Shown here: positions 10,614 to 19,421 of the stretch, one piece after another
Layout: the number at the start of each line of letters is the position of its first letter
Position numbering within the stretch: position 1 is the first letter of the stretch
NCBI GenBank assembly: GCA_963765675.1
Contig: CAVXXK010000001.1
Coordinates: 384,001-448,000 of the forward strand
DNA: 64,000 nucleotides
Direction of reading: 5' to 3'
DNA from: an uncultured delta proteobacterium
GTDB lineage: Bacteria; Desulfobacterota; Binatia; Binatales; Binataceae
Notes under the pieces: model-generated
What the model was told of the DNA's origin: nothing
Databases searched by the model: none
What the model saw: the letters and a program-made list of their open reading frames with translations, nothing else
Translations under genes and position numbers: made by a program

Positions 10614-10766
10614 GAGAGTAGCGCCAGGACTCGGATTGTATTCGCAATCCGAGTTGACGAGGTGGAAGCTTCATCGAAAGATTCGGCGGATGGCTTCCCG
10701 GTTCCACGGCCGAAAAAGGCGAACAAACCACGCGGGTGACCGCGTGACAAAAGCCGCCTTGAGTGG
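10614..10766 (+). ncRNA. glmS ribozyme (GlcN6P-activated self-cleaving riboswitch)
   Basis: A^GCGCCAGGACU cleavage motif (cut between 10620 and 10621); P1 GACUCGGAUUG/CAAUCCGAGUU; GACGAGG; P2 GGAAGC/GCUUCC; AUCGAA...UUCGGCGGAUG core; P3 CGGUU-CCAC-GGCCG; P4 with GUGA loop and ACAAA bulges; P3.1 CCAC/GUGG. Lies upstream of glmS. Confidence 0.95.
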
Positions 10767-10937
10767 CAGGGCAAGATGCCCTGACGAAGATTAAACTCTC
10801 CCGCTTTGATCATCCCCTTCGATTCCGGATCGCACGGACGCGACGAGCGCGGCTCGTGGCTCTCGTGATTCCCGAAACTGCCGCGCAAAAGTGCGGCGCA
10901 ACGCTATCTCTGCAACTGATGCGGAGGGGGAATCATT

Positions 10938-12771
10938 ATGTGTGGAATCATCGGATACGTCGGAGCGGATGAGGCCTATCCCATCCTGATTGAAGGGTTG
11001 GCTCGCCTCGAATACCGCGGCTACGACTCGGCCGGCGTCGCGACAATCGTGCAGAACGGCAAGCTCGAGATTCGCCGCGCGGCCGGCAAGCTGGCCAATC
11101 TGCGCACGCGTCTCGCCGACGCTCCGCTTGGCGGCCGGATCGGAATCGGACACACGCGCTGGGCCACCCACGGCCGCCCGTCCGAGGAGAATGCACATCC
11201 GCACAAGGCCGGCCCGGTCGCAGTGATTCACAACGGAATCGTCGAGAACTATCTTGAGCTGCGCGCCGCGCTGCTCGCGCGCGGCCATCAGCTTCGCTCG
11301 CAAACCGACACCGAGCTGATTTCTCATCTGATCGAGGAACGGATCAAGGCGGGACTCGGGCTGACTGAGGCGGTCAGACGCTCGGTCGGCGATCTGCGCG
11401 GCTCATTCTCGATCGTGGTCTTGTCGGAGACCGAGCCCGGCAAGCTGGTCGCGGCGAAGACCGCGACTCCGCTGGTTCTTGGACTTGGCGAGGGCGAGAA
11501 TTTCGTCGCGTCCGATATTCCCGCGATCCTGAACCACACGCGCAGGGCGATCGTGCTCGACGACGGCGAGCTGGCGGAAATCACCGCGCATAGTGTTCGA
11601 ATCATGAAGTTCGACGGCACGCCCGTCACGCGGACGCCGCGCCATATCGAATGGGACGCCGTCGCCGCAACCAAGGGCGGTTTCAAACACTACCTGCGCA
11701 AGGAGATAAGCGAGCAGCCGCAAGCATGGATCGACACGCTGGCCGATCGCGCGATCGCTGGATCATCAGAGGTCCGCTTCGACGAGGAGCTTCTGCCCGC
11801 CGGCGGCCCCGGACTCGATCGGGCGAATCGTGATGGTGAGCGAAGGGGCGTCGTGGATCACGGCGAATATCGGGAAATACATGATCGAGGAGCTGACCGG
11901 AATTCCGGTCGAGGCCGACTTCGCCTCGGAGTTCCGCTACCGCCGCGCGCCGATAGATTCGCGCACCATGATGATCGCGATCTCTCAGTCGGGCGAGACT
12001 GCCGACACTCTGGCCGCGATGGAGGAAGGCATCCGGCGTGGCGCGCACGTGATCGCGCTGACTAATACTCTCGATTCGTCGATCGCGCGGCGCGCGCACG
12101 CGCGGCTGTACACGCGATGCGGTCTCGAGATCAGCGTGACTACGACCAAGTGCTTCATCACCCAGGTCGAGGCTTTCTATCTGTTCGCGATTCATCTCGC
12201 TGCCCGGATGGGGCGCCTTAACGCCGCCGAGGCCGAGGCGCTGCTGGCACCGGCGTTCGCGATTCCCGCGCAGATGAAAGCGATCTTCGCGCTCGAGCCC
12301 GAGATCGAGCGGATCGCGCGCACCTACGCGTCCGCGCGCGATTTCATCTATATCGGCCGCGGGATCAATCATCCGGTCGCGCTCGAAGGCGCGCTCAAGC
12401 TGAAGGAGATCTCTTACATCCACGCCGAGGGCTTTCCCGCGGGTTTCATGAAGCACGGCCCGATCGCGCTGATCGACGAGTCGGTTCCGGTCGTGGTGCT
12501 GATTCCCAACGATGACCTGTTCGACAAGATGCTCTCGAACCTGCGCGAGGTTGAATCGCGCGGCGGAAAGATTATCGCCGTGACCGACCGCGCCACCGAC
12601 GAGCTGCGCTCAGTCGCAACCGAGGTACTCGAGCTTCCGGCGACCAACCGGATGCTCACGCCGGTGCTGATGACTATTCCGCTGCAACTGCTCGCCTACC
12701 ATGTGGCGGCGGAGCGCGGCACCGATATCGACCAGCCGCGCAACCTCGCGAAATCGGTGACGGTCGAGTAG
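10938..12771 (+). CDS. glmS: Glutamine--fructose-6-phosphate aminotransferase; one apparent +1 indel near 11807-11810
   Basis: MCGIIG start, HTRWATHG, SQSGETADT, KLKEISY and PRNLAKSVTVE end. ORFs 10938-12065 and 11830-12771 join if one C of a CCCC run is removed. Confidence 0.93.
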
Positions 12772-12780
12772 CTGGAAAAG

Positions 12781-12818
12781 AAATCGGCGCGGAGCTTGTG
12801 GGCTCCGCGCCGATTTTT
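12781..12818. terminator. Bidirectional intrinsic terminator between glmS and DUF1329 copy 1
   Basis: 15-bp stem AAATCGGCGCGGAGC/GCTCCGCGCCGATTT with a T-run downstream and A-rich sequence upstream. Confidence 0.8.
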
Positions 12819-12846
12819 GTTTACCGATTGCGGTTTCAGGCCGTCA

Positions 12847-14146
12847 TTACGGCGCCGCGGCGACCATCGCCTTTACCGTGCAGAAGTCCTTGTCCACCGC
12901 GCCCATGTTGATGTACCAGCATTCGCGCTCGGGCGTGTTCTGGCCGGGCAGATAGCACATCGTCGAGATTCCGCCCTCCATGTCGACTCGGCTGGCGCCG
13001 ACTACGAACTCGCGCTTGAACGGATAGATCGCCACGCGAGCGTCCGGCACCGGCCGGTCGCGATAGGCCAGCCAATAGATATTCGAGCGCCAGAGTTGAC
13101 CCTGTCGATCGTAGGTATCGACCAAGGGATCAAACCACACTTCGCTGTCGATGTAGATGATCGAGTTCTTGTCCAGCGCGCCGCCCGCCTGGCCAAGATC
13201 GCGGCGCGGGGTCGCGTTGATGACGTAGACGTGGCGCATCTCCCAATCTTCCGGGCACGCCGAGGCGCCACCGTCGGTCGGGCAGGTGACCTCCGGAGAA
13301 TGCTTGGCATGCACGCTCATCAGCATCTCCTTGTCGCCCAGGAATTTGTAGTCATAGAACTCGGTCTTGGCGTTGAAGCCGGAATAGTGATCCGGATCAA
13401 ACTGCTGCGTCCCGGTCGCCGAGCTCAGGATCGCCTCGTTCAACCGGCGCACGCGCCGGGTGCCGGGGTTCCAGTCCCACGAGTCGTCGCCGCGCTTGGG
13501 ATCCATGTACCGATAACGGATTAGTCCCTCTCCGTACGCATCCGCCGGCGCGAGAATCGGATACAGCGCAAACAGCCACATCCGGCCCGTGATCTTGAAG
13601 TCCGGGTCCGTCGGCAGCGGCTCGACCTCGGTGCGTCCGACCAGCGAATAGCCCGCGTAATGGCCGACCCAGATGTCGTTGATGATATGCTGGGACTGGC
13701 CGGGGCGTACGTACTGAATCTGGCAATCGTAGAAGCGCAGATCGTAGTCGTCGGTCTGAATCGGACGGAACACGTTATTCCACATCACCTTGTTGGCGAC
13801 GTAAGGATCGTTCGAATCGATCAGCGGAAACGGCTGTCCCGCGACGTATCCGATGAGCGAACGATGGTCGCTGGTCAGGCGCACCTGCGCGGAATACTTT
13901 TCGGTCGCGTCCTTGTACGGCGGCGGCCAATCGATCCGCTGAGTCGGCACGATGTCCATCTGCATCCCGTGCGTGACCATGTAATAAACGCCGGGGCCGA
14001 CGACATCCTTGACCTGTGTCGCGTTCTGCGGGGTGATTACATCCCCCGGTTTGACTGTGGCTGACGCGAGCGGACGTAGCCGCGAAGACCGCGAGGATCG
14101 CGACCGCGCCAGCGAGCGAGACTCTGGCTAACACCCGCTTGAGCAT
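12847..14146 (-). CDS. DUF1329-family exported protein, copy 1 (frameshift near 14060-14090)
   Basis: GQPFP, WNN, WNPGTRRVRR and DTYDRQGQLWR motifs. GGAGG RBS and signal peptide MLKRVLARVSLAG lie in a different frame from the mature part. Confidence 0.78.
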
Positions 14147-14312
14147 CCAAGAAACCTCCTCGAGCAAAGAAAAATCATGCTTTCGGCAATCCTATCATGT
14201 GAAGCCCACAAGACTTACCCGCCGCACGTTAGAATGCGCACGAAAAATCTTCCTTACACGCATTAGGTACGATTGCCGAGGCGGATCGGATTGAATGTCA
14301 GGCGGAATCAGC

Positions 14313-14353
14313 AAAAAAGCAGGCGGCGCGGAGCCTTTTTTGCCCCGCGCCGC
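14313..14353 (-). terminator. Intrinsic terminator of DUF1329 copy 2
   Basis: GCGGCGCGG/CCGCGCCGC stem followed by a U-tract on the minus strand. Confidence 0.6.
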
Positions 14354-14387
14354 TGGTGTGCGCACAAAACTGAAATCAGAATTTACT

Positions 14388-15686
14388 TCACGGCGCCGCG
14401 GAAACCATCGCCTTCACCGTGCAGAAGTCTTTATCGACCGCGCCCATATTGATGTACCAGCACTCGCGCTCCGGCGTGTTCTGGCCGGGCAAATAGCACA
14501 TCGTCGAGATTCCGCCCTCCATGTCCACCCGATCGGCGCCCACCACGAATTCGCGCTTGAACGGATAGATCGCCACGCGCGCGTCTGGCACCGGCCGGTC
14601 CCGATACGCCAGCCAGTAGATATTCGAGCGCCAGAGCTGTCCCTGCCGATCGTAGGTATCAACCATCGGGTCGAACCAGACTTCGCTGTCGATGTAGATG
14701 ATGGATTCCTTGTCCAACGCTCCGCCTGCTGCGCCCAGGTCGCGCCGCGGCGTCGCCTGGACCACGTACACGTGACGCATCTCCCAGTCTTCCGGACACG
14801 CCGACGCGCCGCCGTCAGTCGGACAAGTGACCTCGGGAGAATGCTTCGCGTGCACGCTCATCAGCATCTCCTTGTCGCCCAGAAATTTGTAGTCATAGAA
14901 CTCCGTCTTGGCGTTGAACCCAGAGTAGTGATCCGGATCGAACTGCTGCGTTCCGGTCGCCGAGCTCAGGATCGATTCGTTGAGCCGGCGCACGCGACGG
15001 GTTCCCGGAGTCCAGGTCCACGAGTCGTCGCCACGCTTGGGATCCTCGTAGCGGTAGCGAATCAGGCCGGTGCCATAAGCGTCCGCCGGAGCGAGAATCG
15101 GATATAAAGCGAACAGCCACATCCGGTTAGTGATCTTGAAGTCAGGATCAGTCGGCATCGGTTCGACCTCGGTACGTCCAACCTCCGAATAACCTGCGTA
15201 GTGCCCCACCCAGATCTCGTTGATGATGTTATGCGACTTGCCGGGGCGGATGTACTGAATCTGGCAGTCGAAGAAGCGCAGGTCATAGTCGTCGCTCTGG
15301 ATCGGACGGAACACGTTGTTCCACATCACCTTGCTCGCGACGAAAGGATCGTTCGCGTCGATGAGCGGAAATGGCTGCCCGGCCACGTATCCGATGAGCG
15401 ATCGATGGTCGGTGGTCAGGCGGACCTGCGATGAGTACTTCTCGGTCGCGTCTTTGTACGGTGGCGGCCAATCGATCCGTTGGGTCGGTACGATATCCAT
15501 CTGCATCCCGTGCGTGACCATGTAATAGACACCGGGAGTGACGACATCCTTGACCGATGTGGCGTTGGCGGGAGTGATTACTTCTCCCGGTTTCACAGCC
15601 GCCTGGGAGCATAGCGATCCGGCGACGATGAGAAACATCGCTAACGCTCCAGTAAGAATACCTCTGGTCAGCACCCGGTTGAGCAT
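14388..15686 (-). CDS. DUF1329-family exported protein, copy 2
   Basis: Same motifs as copy 1 and nearly identical in the C-terminal half; start MLNRVL after GGAGG; signal peptide. Confidence 0.82.
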   Translation of the reverse strand: MLNRVLTRGILTGALAMFLIVAGSLCSQAAVKPGEVITPANATSVKDVVTPGVYYMVTHGMQMDIVPTQRIDWPPPYKDATEKYSSQVRLTTDHRSLIGYVAGQPFPLIDANDPFVASKVMWNNVFRPIQSDDYDLRFFDCQIQYIRPGKSHNIINEIWVGHYAGYSEVGRTEVEPMPTDPDFKITNRMWLFALYPILAPADAYGTGLIRYRYEDPKRGDDSWTWTPGTRRVRRLNESILSSATGTQQFDPDHYSGFNAKTEFYDYKFLGDKEMLMSVHAKHSPEVTCPTDGGASACPEDWEMRHVYVVQATPRRDLGAAGGALDKESIIYIDSEVWFDPMVDTYDRQGQLWRSNIYWLAYRDRPVPDARVAIYPFKREFVVGADRVDMEGGISTMCYLPGQNTPERECWYINMGAVDKDFCTVKAMVSAAP

Positions 15687-15821
15687 CCGAGAAACCTCCA
15701 TAAGACAAAGTATCTGTTTAGATTAGTGTTGATCTATTGAGCCGTAATTGCTTCCGAAAAAATCTAATGCTCGGATTAGCGCAGGTTGTCCTCGCCGCAG
15801 CTGTTGCGTTGTTTTGCGCTC

Positions 15822-15861
15822 AAAAAGGAAACGGCGCGAAGGATTGTCTCCTCCGCGCCGT
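15822..15861 (-). terminator. Intrinsic terminator of DUF1329 copy 3
   Basis: ACGGCGCG/CGCGCCGT stem plus U-rich tract on the minus strand; homologous to the other two terminators. Confidence 0.55.
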
Positions 15862-15893
15862 CGGTTATCAGCAATTTTACGATCAGGCTGTCG

Positions 15894-17192
15894 TCACGGA
15901 GCCGCCGCGACCATCGCCTTCACCGTGCAGAAATCCTTGGACACCGCACCCATGTTGATATACCAGCATTCGCGCTCCGGCGTATGCTGTCCCGGCAGAT
16001 AACACATCGTCGAGACGTTGCCCTGCACGTCGATCGACGCCGCTCCCACCACGAACTCGCGCTTGAACGGATAGACCGCCACGCGCGCGTCCGGCACCGG
16101 CCGATCGCGATAGGTCAGCCAGTAGATGTGCGCGCGCCACAGCTGCCCCTTCTGGTCGTAGGTGTCGATGTACGGCTCGAACCACGCTTCGGCGTCGAGG
16201 TAGATCACCGTGTCGCGATCCAGCGCGGTTGGCGCACCCTTGCGGTCGCGGCGAGGGATCGCGTCGACGATATACATCCGCCGCATCTCCCAGTCCTCCG
16301 GGCATGCCGTCCCGCCGCCGTCATAGGGGCAGGTCATTTCGGGCGAGTGTGCCGCATGAACGCTGGCCAGCAGCTCGCGCTGCCCGAGGAACCGGTAGGT
16401 GTACTGTTCGGTCTTCGGGTTGAAGCCGGAATAGTGATCCGGGTCATAGGTCTGCGTGCCGGTCGCCGAGCTCATCATCGCTTCGTTGAGACGGCGCACG
16501 CGGCGCGTTCCAGGCTGCCAATCCCAACTGTCGTCGCCCTTGTCGGGATCGGCATAGCGCCACCGGATGAGCCCCTGCCCGCGCGACTCTTCCGGCGAAA
16601 GAATCGGATAGAGCGCGAACAGCCACATCCGCCCCGTGGTCCGGTAGTCCGGATCGATCGGGAGCGGATCAACTTCCGTGCGCCCGACCAGATCGTAACC
16701 GGCGTAGTGCCCGATCTCGATATCGTCGATAATCCGCTGCTCCTGTCCCGGCTTGATGTACTCGGTCTGGCAATCATAGAAGCGCAGATCGTAGTCGTCG
16801 GTCGAGATTGGGCGAAACACGTTGTTCCACACGAGCTTGATCGCGATGTCGGGATCATTCGCGTCGATCAACGGAAACGGCTGCCCTGCCACGTAACCGA
16901 CCACCGTGCGATGGTCTTCGCTGAGCCGCACCTGGCCCGAGTATTTCTCGGTCGCCTCGCGGTATGGCGGCGGCCATTCGATCACGTCCGGCGCGACGAT
17001 ATTCATGCGCATCCCGTGCGTGACGGCGTAATAAACGCCGGGCGATACGAGCTGCCTGACCTGAGTTGCGTTTTGCGCCCCGATCACTTCCCCCGGCTTC
17101 ACCGCGGCCCGTGCCCCCGCCGACGCAATCATCAGTGAAGCGAGACAGGATGCGACCGTACAAAGCGTCTGTCCCCATCTACGCTTTAACAT
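15894..17192 (-). CDS. DUF1329-family exported protein, copy 3 (most divergent)
   Basis: Same motifs as the other copies; signal peptide ending ARA; C-terminus DFCTVKAMVAAAP identical to copy 1. Confidence 0.82.
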   Translation of the reverse strand: MLKRRWGQTLCTVASCLASLMIASAGARAAVKPGEVIGAQNATQVRQLVSPGVYYAVTHGMRMNIVAPDVIEWPPPYREATEKYSGQVRLSEDHRTVVGYVAGQPFPLIDANDPDIAIKLVWNNVFRPISTDDYDLRFYDCQTEYIKPGQEQRIIDDIEIGHYAGYDLVGRTEVDPLPIDPDYRTTGRMWLFALYPILSPEESRGQGLIRWRYADPDKGDDSWDWQPGTRRVRRLNEAMMSSATGTQTYDPDHYSGFNPKTEQYTYRFLGQRELLASVHAAHSPEMTCPYDGGGTACPEDWEMRRMYIVDAIPRRDRKGAPTALDRDTVIYLDAEAWFEPYIDTYDQKGQLWRAHIYWLTYRDRPVPDARVAVYPFKREFVVGAASIDVQGNVSTMCYLPGQHTPERECWYINMGAVSKDFCTVKAMVAAAP

Positions 17193-17557
17193 TTCATGAC
17201 CTCCCTGCCCTGCCCTGCCTTCGGAGAGATAGTTTGTTTTTCCCTCTTTGGCTCATTCAGACTAAATCCTACAAATTGACGTATCAATCTGCACAACTTG
17301 TATCAAGAGGGGGCAAGGAGAAAAAAAGACACCCGTAGCGCAGCAGGCCTGATGCCCACGATTGACATGTGCCACACCCGCTCTGCCGCGAGCCTCTGCC
17401 GCTCAAGGCAGACCCCGCGGGGTGGGCGATTTTGCAGCGCCCAAAGCCCCCAAAGCTCGCCGGCACGCTCTACCTTCAGCTCTCCACCTGTCGAAGATCG
17501 GCTGGCAATTCGATGGCGCTGCCCTTATTTTGGGATTCAAAAGTCGAGGTGACCCCG

Positions 17558-18568
17558 ATGCCCATCGCGAAAAAACTCCCTTCTCCGATGCCGATCGCGC
17601 GGGACATTTTGTGGGGCGGATGGAGCGCGCTAGCCGCCGGCGCGGCGGTGGAGCTCGATCTGTTCACGATAATCCATCGCGGCAAAACCACCGCGGCGGA
17701 GATCGCCGCCGAAGCCAACACCCACGAACCGTCTACCCGGCGGCTGCTCGACGCGATGGTCGCACTCAAGTATCTGACGCGCAACAAAGATCGCTACCGA
17801 CTGACGCCCGCGGCCGCGACCTTCCTGGTGAGGACCAGCGAGCTTTACATGGAAGGCGCAGGAAAGTTCGCAGGCGGGCATCTCATGGGATGGAACGACT
17901 TGGCCCAGGCCGTGAGGACGGGCGCACCGGTTGTCACGGACGAGCCGGCAGCCCGCGGGCAGTTTTTCTCGATGCTCGTGCGATGTATCTTCCCGCCGGG
18001 CTATGCGGCGGCGACTGCTGCGATGAATTCGCTCGATCGCGCTACGCGCGCACGAATCCGCAAGATCCTGGATATTGCGGGAGGCGCGGCCGCGTGGTCG
18101 ATTCCTTTCGTGCAGGCGATTGCAGGAGCGCGCGCCAAGGTGTTGGATTTGCCGCAAGTCACCCCAGTCGCTCGCGAATACGCCGCAAAATTCGGCGTCG
18201 CGGATCGATTCGAGTATATGGATGGCGACCTTCATCAGGTCGATCTTGGCGGCGGCTACGATCTGATCACGCTTGGTCACGTGATTCACACCGAAGGGCG
18301 CGAGGACGGAGTAAAATTGATTGCGCGATGCTTTCGCGCACTTGCGGAGCGCGGGATGCTGCTGATTGGGGAGTTCATTCCAAATGACGATCGTACCGGG
18401 CCGCCAATCGCGATGTTGTTCGGCCTCAACATGCTGTTGCATACGCCGGTTGGCGATGTGTTCACGATGAAGGATTATCGCGAATGGCTGAAACGCGCCG
18501 GCTTTCGAACAATCAAAACGATTCGCACACCATCGGCGGTGTCGCCGCTAATCCTCGCACGGAAGTAG
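17558..18568 (+). CDS. SAM-dependent O-methyltransferase (Methyltransf_2 with dimerisation domain)
   Basis: N-terminal wHTH (AVELDLFT), LDIAGG motif I, GDL and HVIH. Confidence 0.85.
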   Translation: MPIAKKLPSPMPIARDILWGGWSALAAGAAVELDLFTIIHRGKTTAAEIAAEANTHEPSTRRLLDAMVALKYLTRNKDRYRLTPAAATFLVRTSELYMEGAGKFAGGHLMGWNDLAQAVRTGAPVVTDEPAARGQFFSMLVRCIFPPGYAAATAAMNSLDRATRARIRKILDIAGGAAAWSIPFVQAIAGARAKVLDLPQVTPVAREYAAKFGVADRFEYMDGDLHQVDLGGGYDLITLGHVIHTEGREDGVKLIARCFRALAERGMLLIGEFIPNDDRTGPPIAMLFGLNMLLHTPVGDVFTMKDYREWLKRAGFRTIKTIRTPSAVSPLILARK

Positions 18569-18685
18569 CTCTGCGATAGCATTACCGGCGAAACTCAATC
18601 GCTGACACGTCCATTGTGCGAGCTGCCGTGGGGGCGTTGGCAATACGTGCGCGCGACACACCCAGATGCTAAAACCATCGCCGCT

Positions 18686-19258
18686 ATGGCCAAAAAAGAT
18701 ACGGATCGTGTCCGATGCGCGTGGGCGAAAGGCGACCTCGACATCCTCTACCACGACCGCGAATGGGGGGTTCCGGAGCATGACGACCGCAAGCTCTTCG
18801 AGTTCCTGATCCTCGAAGGCGCGCAGGCCGGTCTCAGTTGGGCAACAATTCTGCGCAAGCGCGAGAACTACCGCGCCGCGTTTGCCGCCTTCGATCCCGC
18901 AAAAGTCGCGCGGTTCGACCGCAAAAAACTCGCGCGCCTGATGCTCGATCCCGGAATCGTGCGCAATCGGCTCAAGATCGATGCGTCCGTCCGCAACGCG
19001 AAAGCATTCCTGAAAGTTCAGGAAGAGTTTGGGAGCTTCGACGCCTTCGTCTGGCGCTTCGTCGACGGCCGCCCGCGCCGCAACCCCGGAAAGAAGGCGC
19101 CCGCCAGCACTGCGGAATCAGACGCGATGAGCAAAGAGCTGAAGCGCCGCGGCTTCACCTTCGTCGGCTCAACGATCTGCTACGCCTTCATGCAGGCAGT
19201 AGGTATGGTCAACGACCACGCCCAAACCTGCTTCCGCCACTCGCAGATTCGCGGATAG
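18686..19258 (+). CDS. tag: DNA-3-methyladenine glycosylase I
   Basis: RCAW, YHDREWG, LEGAQAGLSW, FVGSTICYAFMQA and NDH...C motifs. Confidence 0.95.
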   Translation: MAKKDTDRVRCAWAKGDLDILYHDREWGVPEHDDRKLFEFLILEGAQAGLSWATILRKRENYRAAFAAFDPAKVARFDRKKLARLMLDPGIVRNRLKIDASVRNAKAFLKVQEEFGSFDAFVWRFVDGRPRRNPGKKAPASTAESDAMSKELKRRGFTFVGSTICYAFMQAVGMVNDHAQTCFRHSQIRG

Positions 19259-19272
19259 AGACGACGCTTCGC

Positions 19273-19409
19273 GTGGGCCGACGGGCCGTCGGCCGCCACT
19301 GGCAGAATTTTCCCTGCAGAAGGAACGCCATCGCGATCGCCTGGTTCGTCGCGGACGATTTCCTTCGCTCCCGTAGTGAGATTTCAGGTGGCACAGGCTT
19401 CAGCCTGTG
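19273..19409 (+). repeat. Two GTGG-headed REP-like hairpins between convergent tag and macB
   Basis: GTGG-GCCGACGG-G-CCGTCGGC (19273-19293) and GTGG-CACAGGCT-TC-AGCCTGTG (19388-19409). Confidence 0.5.
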
Positions 19410-19421
19410 ATTCTTCACGCT

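Noticed and set aside
10763-10972. 69-aa ORF in the glmS leader as a leader peptide
   Set aside because: Non-ATG start inside the ribozyme P3.1 strand, no RBS, and it overlaps glmS out of frame.
11800-11835. Programmed frameshift or split glmS
   Set aside because: No slippery heptamer; a single extra base in a C run, and similar indels occur across the window.
12797-12803. TGTGGGC about 25 nt after the glmS stop, resembling a Tn7 end at attTn7
   Set aside because: It forms the loop and 3' arm of an intact 15-bp terminator. There are no TnsB-site repeats or tns genes, so attTn7 looks empty.
17203-17219. CCCTG x3 microsatellite upstream of DUF1329 copy 3 as a phase-variation tract
   Set aside because: Too few units to support the idea.
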